Source of the DNA: an uncultured Methanosarcinales archaeon
GTDB taxonomy: Archaea; Nanobdellota; Nanobdellia; Woesearchaeales; CAYZNE01
Direction: 5' to 3'
Assembly: GCA_964461035.1 (NCBI GenBank)
Contig: CAYWRI010000004.1
Span: forward strand, 342-47,943
DNA: 47,602 nt
The notes beneath the pieces were generated by a model that was not told the DNA's origin, made no database searches, and saw only the letters and a program-made list of their open reading frames with translations. Below, in pieces: positions 28,950-37,584 of this stretch; the stretch's first letter is position 1; every line of letters begins with the position of its first letter. Position numbers and translations under genes: made by a program.

Positions 28950-29642
28950 TTATTTTTGAAGTGTTAAAAAAAGATTTTTGTCATCTTTCTGACTTTTTAT
29001 AATTTTAAAATCTACTTTTTCACAAAGAGTCTTTATTTCTTCTTCATCAAATAAATAATAATACCTATCAAAAACTTCTCCACCAGAATTTACAGTGTAA
29101 TGAACTCTTACAATTTTATTTTTTTTATTTGTAAATAAGAACTTTCCTTTTTTTAAGTTTTTTTCTATGAATTCACTTTTAGGAAACCAATTAATTATTA
29201 TTGCTTTAGCATCTTTTTTCATTACTCTTTTAATTTCTTGAAGTGCTTTAAGTTGATCTTTTGATTTAAGATTATGATGAAGTGCAGCATTACACATTAC
29301 AATATCAAAACTTTCATTAGTGTAATCAAGATTTATCATAGAACAAACTTTAGCACCAAACCCTTTTTTCTTTATTATATTAATTTGTCCTTCAGAAAAA
29401 TCACAACCTTTAATATTCTCTTTTGAATAACCAATTTTAAGCGCGGCTTCCATATCTCTTCCTGTTCCGCATCCAACATCCAGTAGAATTAAATCTTCTT
29501 TATTTTTTTGTTCTTTTAGAAAACTCTTAACAATATCCCAACTTATTCTATGTTTAATATCCCAATGTTCAGAAACAGAATTATATGTGTTTCTAGTAAT
29601 TTCTTGATATTTTTGACATTCTTCTTGATTCATTATTGACAT
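28950..29642 (-). CDS. Class I SAM methyltransferase, Trm9/ALKBH8-like
   Basis: YNSVSEHW....W..V..FL, LDVGCGTGR, AALHH, RYYYLF...E pattern resembling tRNA cm5U34 methyltransferases. Confidence 0.75.
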   Translation of the reverse strand: MSIMNQEECQKYQEITRNTYNSVSEHWDIKHRISWDIVKSFLKEQKNKEDLILLDVGCGTGRDMEAALKIGYSKENIKGCDFSEGQINIIKKKGFGAKVCSMINLDYTNESFDIVMCNAALHHNLKSKDQLKALQEIKRVMKKDAKAIIINWFPKSEFIEKNLKKGKFLFTNKKNKIVRVHYTVNSGGEVFDRYYYLFDEEEIKTLCEKVDFKIIKSQKDDKNLFLTLQK

Positions 29643-29843
29643 AATTATTAGATATATTATAAAATTATTGGTGCATATTAGTGAACTGATAGCTTTTTCA
29701 GACTAATCTATTTTAGAATTTTTAATCTTATTTTTTTTCAGAATTTACAAAAAAATTAGCGCGTGAAGAGTTAAAAAATATAAAAAGAATATTTTTAATT
29801 ACTATACAATAAATTTATAAAAAAACCCATCTTCTTTATAGTT

Positions 29844-29942
29844 ATGGCAAAAATAAGTTATTATTTATCAACGGCCTCAGGCTCTAGAAAAGTTTTTAAG
29901 CTACTTCTTCATAATTGTAATAATATTAATAATTTAAATTAA
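29844..29942 (+). CDS. Putative Asn-rich leader peptide (uORF) of asnS, 32 aa
   Basis: MAKISYYLSTASGSRKVFKLLLHNCNNINNLN*; TTTATAAA at 29814, 30 nt before the ATG; oligo-T tracts between stop and asnS. Confidence 0.6.
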   Translation: MAKISYYLSTASGSRKVFKLLLHNCNNINNLN

Positions 29943-30013
29943 ACTTTTTAAACATCGTTTTTTTAATTTTACATAAAATTTATATAAAAATAACATTATT
30001 CAGAGGTAATAAA

Positions 30014-31333
30014 ATGGAAGAAACAAGATTAGATAAAAAATTCATAAGTATTAAAACAGCTTTAGAAAAAAAATCAGGAAAAGTCTCAGTTAGAGGCTGG
30101 TGTTATAGAGAACGAGGATCAAACGCAGTAAGATTTATTATTATGCGAGATTCTACAAATATTATTCAATGTGTTTTTGATAAAGAAAAAGTTTCTGAAG
30201 AAATGTGGGAACAAAGTCAAAAGATAAAAATGGAAGCGTCTTTTCAAGTGACCGGAGAACTTTCAGAAAACTCTAAGGCGCCTACAGGTTATGAAATTCA
30301 TGTTGAAGAACTTGAAATAGTTGGATTATCAGATACATACCCAATATCCAAAGATTTTAGTCCTGAATTCTTACTTGACAACAGACATTTATGGTTAAGA
30401 AGTAGAAAAATGACTTCAATCTTGAAAATAAGAAGTACTGTTTTTGGAGCAATAGATGAATACTTTAAAACTAATGGTTTTTACGAATATCATTCTCCTG
30501 TTTTGCAGAGTGTTCAATGTGAAGGTGGTTCAACACTTTTCAATGTTGACTTCTTTGGTAAAAAAGGTGTTTTTTTAGCTCAAACTTGGCAATTATATGC
30601 AGAACCCGCAATCTTTGCACTTGAAAAAATATATACGATTGCGCCTTCTTTTAGAGCAGAAAAATCAAAAACATCAAGACACTTATGCGAATACTGGCAT
30701 GCTGAAATGGAAATGGCGTGGTCAACTTTTGAAGATATTCAAGATCATGGTGAAAAGTTAATAAAATTTATTGTTGCCACTGTTCTTGAAAAAAACAGTT
30801 CTGAACTCGAACTTCTAAAAAGAGACATAAATAAATTAAAACCTGTTGTTGAAAAACCTTTTGTTAGGATGACTTACAGTGAATCATTGATAATATTAAA
30901 AGAAAAATGTAATATAGAAATTCCTTGGGGTAAAGACTTGAGAACAATCGAAGAAGATAAATTATCATCTTTGTACGATGTTCCTATAATTTGTACAAAT
31001 TATCCCAAAGAAGTAAAAGCATTTTACATGATGCAAGATAATGAAGATCCAAGAACTGTTTTGGGTGTTGATTTTATAGCGCCTGAAGGTTATGGTGAAA
31101 TAATTGGTGGAAGCCAAAGAGAACATGACATAGAAAAAATCAAAAAAAATCTTCTTGATTCAGGAGAAAAGCCTGAAGAATATGAATTTTATATGGACAC
31201 AAGAAAATATGGTTCTGTTCCTCATGGAGGTTTTGGATTAGGTGTTGAAAGAGTAATATCTTGGGTTTGCGGTCTTGACAATATCAAAGATGCAATTCCA
31301 TTCCCAAGAACAATGCTAAGGTGGAAACCTTAG
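30014..31333 (+). CDS. asnS: Asparagine--tRNA ligase
   Basis: OB-fold N-terminus, RHLWLRS, EGGSTLF, FRAEKSKTSRHL.EYW, GYGEIIGGSQRE, PHGGFGLGVER, PFPR. Confidence 0.93.
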   Translation: MEETRLDKKFISIKTALEKKSGKVSVRGWCYRERGSNAVRFIIMRDSTNIIQCVFDKEKVSEEMWEQSQKIKMEASFQVTGELSENSKAPTGYEIHVEELEIVGLSDTYPISKDFSPEFLLDNRHLWLRSRKMTSILKIRSTVFGAIDEYFKTNGFYEYHSPVLQSVQCEGGSTLFNVDFFGKKGVFLAQTWQLYAEPAIFALEKIYTIAPSFRAEKSKTSRHLCEYWHAEMEMAWSTFEDIQDHGEKLIKFIVATVLEKNSSELELLKRDINKLKPVVEKPFVRMTYSESLIILKEKCNIEIPWGKDLRTIEEDKLSSLYDVPIICTNYPKEVKAFYMMQDNEDPRTVLGVDFIAPEGYGEIIGGSQREHDIEKIKKNLLDSGEKPEEYEFYMDTRKYGSVPHGGFGLGVERVISWVCGLDNIKDAIPFPRTMLRWKP

Positions 31334-31476
31334 TTTTCTTTCTTTCTTTGTTTTCATAAATAAAAAACAAACGTTTATTAATTGTTTTGGTTTCCTCTTC
31401 TTCTTATTATATTAAAAAAGAGGTTTGATGGCAAAATTTTAATAAATGCAAGCCTCTGACTTGTTCTACTAGGAAA

Positions 31477-33012
31477 ATGACAGATAGTGATGTAAGTGAA
31501 AGGAAACTTGAAGAAAGAATAGAATCATTTAGCTTAGTTTTTGCTCAACTGCCAGATCCAAAAATTATTATGGATGCTAATTTCAATATAATCTCAATTA
31601 ATAAACCATTTGAAGAGTTGTATGGTTATTCTTTGGAAGATGTTTTAGGAAAAAGACTTAGCTTGTTAAATGCTGAGCAAGTAACAAAAGAGATTCAGCA
31701 AGATATTTATAAAACCATTTCTACTAATGGAATATGGATAGGATCTCTCTTAAATATGACAAAATCTGGTCATAAGTTTATCTGTGAGACAAAGATTTCA
31801 GCATTAATTGATGAGCAGGGCATACCATTTGCTTATGTTGGAACTCAAACAGATATCACAGAAAAAAAGAAAGTAGAAAACTTAAAGGCTGTTCTATACC
31901 AAATTTCTGAAGCAGTAAGTTTTTCAAGTAGCCTTGAGGAGTTATTAGAAATTATTTGCAAAAAGGTCGATTTAATCATTGACACGACCAATTTCTATGT
32001 TGCACTTTACGATGAAGAAGATGATCTGTATTCTTTTCCTTATTGCATTGATGAACATGAAGAGTTGACGGAATTTACACCACAGCAACTTCGAAAAAGC
32101 CTCACTGACTATGTAAGAAGAACCGGTGCTCCTTTTATGTCTGATGATAAAACCGACAAAATGCTGAAACTAAATGGTGAAGTTGAACTTGTCGGCACTC
32201 CTTCTTATCAATGGCTTGGAGTACCCCTTAAAACAGCAAAATCAATTATCGGCGTGGTTGCGGTTCAAAGTTATTCTAACCCTGCCTTGTATACTTCAGA
32301 TGATTTGGAATTGATGACATTTGTATCAGAACAAATTGCACTTGCTATTGAGCACAAGCAGACTGAAGAAGAATTAAAAGAAAGCGAAGAAAAATACCGT
32401 CAGCTATTTGATAATAGTATAATTGGACAGTTTATCACAAAACCTGACGGAACAATACTTGATTGTAATCTGAAATTCGCACAGATGTTTGGATATGAAT
32501 CAAAAGAAGAAATCAAAAAAATGAGTGCTAAGGATTTATATCAAGATCAAAAGATGAGAAATAAGTTCTTATAAGAGATTGCAAAGTTGGGAAGAGTTAT
32601 GAATTATAAATCAAAATTCGAAAATATAATTATGGGGGAAACAATGCACACTCTAGAAAATTCATATGGGGTAACTGATGATACAGGAAAAATAATAAGA
32701 ATAGAAGGGTCAATACAAGATGTAACTGTTTTTAGAAATGCTGAAGAGTTAATTACTCGTGAAAGATTAGCACTGACCTATGCACATCACGTGGGTTCAC
32801 CACTTGGTGTATTAACTGCTGCTCTGGACTTTTTAGAAGATGAAATTAATGATTCTGACGACGGACGTGCTGCTTTTCGTGACGTAATGGCTGCTTATAA
32901 CCGAGCTTTATTAATTATTAAAAAAACACGAGACGCTCTTTTGTCTGATACAATAGAATATACAGGACAACTTGGAAAAAATACTATGTATAAAATTGGA
33001 GAAAAAAAATGA
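31477..33012 (+). pseudogene. PAS-GAF-PAS-HisKA sensor gene interrupted by an in-frame TAA (32572-32574) and lacking a HATPase domain
   Basis: ORFs 31477-32574 and 32587-33012 are in the same frame 12 nt apart; RNKFL*EIAKLGRV lies mid-PAS; H-box-like TYAHHVGSPLGVL near the end. Confidence 0.75.
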
Positions 33013-33524
33013 AACAAATTGAAATACCAGGTAAATATAACTCAAAGAGCTATATTGTGAATGTGGCTGATGCTGATGATAATAGGACTTTTAATATTAC
33101 GGTTATAGATGATGATGATTACATGCGTTGGGCATTAAACAAACAGATTGAAAAGAAATGGGTTAATAAGTCTGGCATCGCTAAAGACACATTAGATGGA
33201 GATATATGGACGTATAATCCTGTCATCGCTAAAGACACATTAGATGGAGAAATATTATTTGAAGAAGCAAAGAAGTTAGATGTTAGATTAGATATACTAA
33301 TTCAGGACATTAAAATGCCTGGAGGAATGCCAAATGGACTTGATTTTGTGGATAAAATACGAGAGGTATATGAAATAAATATGATTATTTTTATATCTGG
33401 AGCCGGTATGGAACCTGAAACAAAGAGAAGAATAGAAGAAGGAGGATATATGTTCTTCGAAAAAGATAGCCCCACTTTTTATAAAGATTTGAAACGTGTT
33501 ATTGACCAATACATATCAAAATAA
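33009..33524 (+). CDS. Response regulator receiver protein
   Basis: VIDDDDYMR, ILIQDIKMPG...GLDF, IFISG, FFEK; ATGA overlap with the sensor gene. Confidence 0.88.
   Translation: MKQIEIPGKYNSKSYIVNVADADDNRTFNITVIDDDDYMRWALNKQIEKKWVNKSGIAKDTLDGDIWTYNPVIAKDTLDGEILFEEAKKLDVRLDILIQDIKMPGGMPNGLDFVDKIREVYEINMIIFISGAGMEPETKRRIEEGGYMFFEKDSPTFYKDLKRVIDQYISK
33176..33250 (+). repeat. 27-bp direct repeat (48-bp period) inside the receiver gene
   Basis: CATCGCTAAAGACACATTAGATGGAGA at 33176-33202 and 33224-33250 (IAKDTLDG twice). Confidence 0.95.
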
Positions 33525-33640
33525 AAAGTCTGTGAAATTAATATTTTACGAAAATTCTTATTTTTCACGAACACTAAATATCAACATTCTTAGAATTAGA
33601 AAATAAATAAATTTAATAATTATGAATCATTAAAATAAAT

Positions 33641-34693
33641 TCAATCTTTAAAAGAATCCATTTCTTGTTTTATTCTTTCAGTGAAATGTTTAAAGTCTTC
33701 AGCACGTATATTAGCACCACAAGCGTTTTTGTGTCCTCCACCATATGCTGCTTCGAATTCAGGTAAAACTTTTTCTAAAACAGATCTAACATCATGTTTC
33801 TGAGATCGAAGAGAACAATGCATAAAATCAAATTTTTTCCTTGCAACAATTATAAATTTATCAGGATTTCTGTGTTGAATTTCATTACTTAATATTGCTG
33901 AGAATGAAAACTGTTCATCATCATATGTAAAAACTAATAATTCATCTTTTTTCTTTTTTACACTATTAATAAGCTCATCATATCGTTCATTCATGCTGTT
34001 AAAATGTTTATTTATGAATTTTGCTTTAGGAGAACTCACTTCCATAATTTCTATTGGATCAGTTATTCTGCTGAGGATTTTAACACAGGTATTTACTTTT
34101 TTTCTTGTGCCTTTTAAACAAGAATTAAATATTTTAACTAATCTTCCAATTTTTTGATCGAATAAAGCTTCAGAAGGATTTGTGATTTCAGGATTTAATA
34201 AACCAGGATATAATTCATTAAATTCTTTAGAAAAATCAGGAATATACCAATCTGAAATACAACCAACTTCTGCAATCCAAAGATTTTCAGGATTTTTCTT
34301 TTGAGTTATTTTATATGCCCAGAAACTTACAGGACTATTATCTTCTTTATCGTTTTTAAGAGGATTAAAATAATCTACTTTTCTGGACTCATCCGTAATT
34401 GGGTGATGATCAATCCACAAAATAGGAACTTTAGCTTTATCAATAAATTCTTCAGAAACTTGGGGTTTATCTAATATGATTATTCTATCTGGTGCATATT
34501 CTTCTACATTTCTTAAATATTGTGTGTTAAGATCGGGAGATGTTTTAATAGGTATTCCTTTGCCATCTCCAATATACTTGTAAACCATTAAAAAGCTACA
34601 TAATCCGTCTGGGTCATCGTCAAAAAAGATTAAAGGTCGGTGTGTATTATCAAGGATTTCTCTTATTTTTTTAATTTCATCATTGCTTATCAT
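33641..34693 (-). CDS. DHH/DHHA1-family phosphoesterase
   Basis: DDDPDG, ILD, IDHH, SLRS, GGGHKNACGA. Confidence 0.92.
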   Translation of the reverse strand: MISNDEIKKIREILDNTHRPLIFFDDDPDGLCSFLMVYKYIGDGKGIPIKTSPDLNTQYLRNVEEYAPDRIIILDKPQVSEEFIDKAKVPILWIDHHPITDESRKVDYFNPLKNDKEDNSPVSFWAYKITQKKNPENLWIAEVGCISDWYIPDFSKEFNELYPGLLNPEITNPSEALFDQKIGRLVKIFNSCLKGTRKKVNTCVKILSRITDPIEIMEVSSPKAKFINKHFNSMNERYDELINSVKKKKDELLVFTYDDEQFSFSAILSNEIQHRNPDKFIIVARKKFDFMHCSLRSQKHDVRSVLEKVLPEFEAAYGGGHKNACGANIRAEDFKHFTERIKQEMDSFKD

Positions 34694-34747
34694 TAAACCC
34701 TAAGAAAAAACACAATATTTAAAAATGTGTTTGTTTTCTTCGAATAA

Positions 34748-35016
34748 GTAGGCAAGTAGCTAATTTTCGCTCCTAGAGTGAGGAAAGTCTGCCCACTATA
34801 AAAGGTTAGCACAAATGTGTGTTCTGAAAAGAACGGCAACCACTCAGAAACGGTACCTCTTAAGTTAAGAATGATGGATTAAATCCGGACATTTCTTAAG
34901 GATGGTTGAAACGGTGAGCCCTAACTAGTGCAAGTCGTTGTGGCGCTTAGTAGAATATTAGCAAGGTCCATCCAGCATGCTTGGGATCTACAGAAGGCAG
35001 CTTATAACTTGTCTAC
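34748..35016 (+). ncRNA. rnpB: RNase P RNA (compact archaeal type)
   Basis: P1 GTAGGCAAGT/ACTTGTCTAC; GAGGAAAGTCTGCC (CR-I), CAGAAAC, TGAAACGG, AGTAGAAT, ACAGAAGGCAGCTTA (CR-V) with P4 complementarity CTGCC/GGCAG. Confidence 0.93.
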
Positions 35017-35040
35017 ACTTTTATTAAAAAGAGGTCGAAA

Positions 35041-35694
35041 ATGAGAAAATTCCTAATATTAATTTCTTTACTTAGTTTATCAGTTATATTATTATCTTCA
35101 TGTGGAACAAAGTATATTTGTGCTGATGGTTCAGAAGTTTCTGATGCTGCATCATGTCCATATGATGAATTATCTAAAGTAGCTGAGAGAGAAGCAACCA
35201 AATATGCAGAAGATTATGTTAAAGCCTATGTTAGATACCTTGATATGGCTACAACAACTGTGAACACTTATAGAGAATTAGGAAACTATCGTGTTAATTT
35301 TGTTCTATCTGAAAAATCAGGAGAAGCACACGAGGTAATAATACAAATTGACAGAATGACTGGAACACCTTCATGTGTTTTTGGATGTGATATTTTTATT
35401 CCTAAAATAAATTCTTTTTCTGCGATTTACAATTCATCATTCATATCAGAAAGAAATTCGAGATACTTAAACATAGTTTATGTTGTTGAAGATTCAGATA
35501 TAATTTCTTGTGAAGGAACATACACTACTGAATCAGATGAAGGAATGGAAACTCAGGATTGTATTTTAGGTAAACTTATTACGGAAGATTATGATCTTCC
35601 AGTAGAATTAATAACTTCTTACGAAGAAAACTCTGAGTTAATTGTCGATTGGACAGAGGGTAAAGCAGCCTACACGCTAGAGATTCTTGAGTGA
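35041..35694 (+). CDS. Putative lipoprotein
   Basis: Signal peptide with LSSC lipobox; CADGSEV....CP motif; GAGGT SD. Confidence 0.75.
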   Translation: MRKFLILISLLSLSVILLSSCGTKYICADGSEVSDAASCPYDELSKVAEREATKYAEDYVKAYVRYLDMATTTVNTYRELGNYRVNFVLSEKSGEAHEVIIQIDRMTGTPSCVFGCDIFIPKINSFSAIYNSSFISERNSRYLNIVYVVEDSDIISCEGTYTTESDEGMETQDCILGKLITEDYDLPVELITSYEENSELIVDWTEGKAAYTLEILE

Positions 35695-35987
35695 TTTTTT
35701 ATTTTTTATTTTTTAATAAATGTTTGCTAAAGTTTTATAAAAGATGCTGCATTCCTATTTATTAAGAGATAATAATAATATTCTGTGATTCAATCTTTGA
35801 ATATTTCTTTTAATTAATATTTCGACAAATAAATCTTTTATTTGTAAAAAATTTTGTGATTTGACTAAATCTACAATTTTGGAAAACTAACCGAATTCAT
35901 TTACTCCTTTTTGTGCTAATTGAATTTATAGACTTTTTTATTAGAAATGTTATTATCTTCTGAATTAATTATACGAGGTATACTAAA

Positions 35988-36179
35988 ATGATAAATATGT
36001 ATTTAAACAATGGTGATTGCAATTACTATAAAATAAAACAATTTAAAAATGAACCAATGGCTACGGCAGGAGATAAACAAGATGGTTTGCAATCACGTAT
36101 CTACAATGGTAAAGGTCTTAAAATTATTGATAAAATTAATTATGACCATAACCATGATCATACGTTTAGTGATAAATAG
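35988..36179 (+). CDS. Small hypothetical protein
   Basis: GAGGT SD upstream, T-rich tract after the stop; 63 aa ending DHNHDH. Confidence 0.45.
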   Translation: MINMYLNNGDCNYYKIKQFKNEPMATAGDKQDGLQSRIYNGKGLKIIDKINYDHNHDHTFSDK

Positions 36180-36217
36180 TTTTTTTAATTTTATCTTTTC
36201 TATTTTTTAAAGTTAAT

Positions 36218-36299
36218 ATCAAGCTCTGCTTGATTTTTACCAAAGCAATGCTTTGGTCTTTACCAGGTGTTGCCTGGCAATAGCTGAGCAAAGCTTAGC
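36218..36299. repeat. Array of four triloop palindromes phased at 22/22/21 bp
   Basis: ATCAAGC-TCT-GCTTGAT, ACCAAAGC-AAT-GCTTTGGT, CCAGGT-GTT-GCCTGG, GCTGAGC-AAA-GCTTAGC; centres at 36226, 36248, 36270, 36291. Confidence 0.85.
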
Positions 36300-36319
36300 A
36301 TAGATATGTAAAAATAAAA

Positions 36320-36344
36320 AAATAATTCTTAGAAATAATTAATA
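36320..36344 (+). repeat. 25-bp direct repeat, copy 1
   Basis: AAATAATTCTTAGAAATAATTAATA, identical to 38642-38666. Confidence 0.85.
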
Positions 36345-36414
36345 GAATAACTCAATCTAAACTACTTATGCAGATAAATATTTGCAGTATTCACACATTT
36401 CTTGTAAATAAGAA

Positions 36415-37296
36415 TTAATTATGATTTAATTCAACTTCACCCTTATCAAAGTTAATCGTAACATATTGCCCTTCTTTAATAAGTTTTGTTGCATTTTTTA
36501 CATTCATAATTACTGGAACATCAAATTCTTGAGAAACAAAAGATATGTGAGAAGTAAATCCTCCAGACTCAGTTATAACCCCAATTAATTTATTGAAATG
36601 CACAATTTGTTTTACACTAAATTCGTCTGTAACTAAAATCATTGGGTCAAATATTTTTCTTGAGTTTCCTTCTTTAAATATGATTGCTTTACCTGTAATT
36701 GAGCCTTCACCTAATGAAACTCCATGAAGTTCCTTATTGGATTCAAGAGGTTTCATGCCTGAATATTTATCGATTATTCTTGTACATTCATCAATCACAA
36801 TTTGTTCTTTTTTTAATTCAGCTAAGTTTTTAAGATCTTCAATAGCATCTAAAAGTCTTAAGCCTTTATAAATTCCCAATCTGTTTTCATCACAATTACT
36901 AAGTTTAATATCCACAATTTTTAAATTAGATAAAATCGAGCAATAATAAATATGAAAAGTATTAATCGTTTTTTTAATTCTGTCTTTTTTTAATTGTTCA
37001 AATAAATCTGCACTACAAGGAGTAATATCTAAATCATAATTCTGTTCTGTAAAAAAATTCATATATTGTTTAAAATATTTTGTTTTTCTTTGAGGAATTG
37101 ACTCTGCAAAATCTAAAAAAGATGGTTTCCAAGGAAGTTTTGCTGCATCAACAAATATATTTATGTGATTTTTTCTTAATTGTACTTTATAACCTGCAAA
37201 ATTTCTTGCATGTTTTCCTGTTACTATCCAATCTTCTTGTTCTATTCCCCAACTTCTTAAAAGTTTGATAATTTCTTCAAATATTTGAAAATTCAT
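36415..37296 (-). CDS. Degenerate NTase-like domain fused to a PEP-utilizer mobile (phospho-His) domain
   Basis: C-terminal ITESGGFTSHISFVSQEFDVPVIM; N-terminal DWIVTGKHA..AGY...HINIFVD..LPW similar to 2280-4619. Confidence 0.78.
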   Translation of the reverse strand: MNFQIFEEIIKLLRSWGIEQEDWIVTGKHARNFAGYKVQLRKNHINIFVDAAKLPWKPSFLDFAESIPQRKTKYFKQYMNFFTEQNYDLDITPCSADLFEQLKKDRIKKTINTFHIYYCSILSNLKIVDIKLSNCDENRLGIYKGLRLLDAIEDLKNLAELKKEQIVIDECTRIIDKYSGMKPLESNKELHGVSLGEGSITGKAIIFKEGNSRKIFDPMILVTDEFSVKQIVHFNKLIGVITESGGFTSHISFVSQEFDVPVIMNVKNATKLIKEGQYVTINFDKGEVELNHN

Positions 37297-37418
37297 AACA
37301 CGATAAAAATAGAGATAATATATAAATGTTTCTTTAAATAACTTAGTTCATAATATTAATATTAACTAAATAGCCATTTCTCAAAAAACTTATAAATAAA
37401 AAGTAATTATCTAAAGAT

Positions 37419-37502
37419 ATGAGAATTTCAACAATAAAATTAAATGCTTTAAATATGTGTAATCAAGGTTTACTTAGATTGAATTCTTGTTGTTGTTTCT
37501 AA
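37419..37502 (+). CDS. Putative Cys-rich leader peptide (uORF) of cysteine synthase, 27 aa
   Basis: MRISTIKLNALNMCNQGLLRLNSCCCF*; CTTATAAA at 37389, 30 nt before the ATG; TTTTTCTTTT tract downstream. Confidence 0.7.
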   Translation: MRISTIKLNALNMCNQGLLRLNSCCCF

Positions 37503-37584
37503 TAAATAATCTTAATTATAAAACTTATTAATTAATTTTTCTTTTACAAATATATTATTTAGGAGGTAATTAAAATGATGAAAG

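Noticed and set aside
32572-32574. Stop-codon reassignment (TAA read-through)
   Set aside because: TAA terminates many conserved genes here (xth, elp3, rps13); a single nonsense mutation or error is simpler.
35988-36179. His-rich C-terminus (DHNHDH) as a third leader peptide
   Set aside because: It has its own SD, is 63 aa long, and no co-oriented His-related gene follows; the next gene is convergent.
36218-36299. CRISPR array or tRNA interpretation of the periodic hairpins
   Set aside because: Units are not identical repeats, there are no spacer-length gaps or cas genes, and there is no acceptor stem or T-loop consensus.
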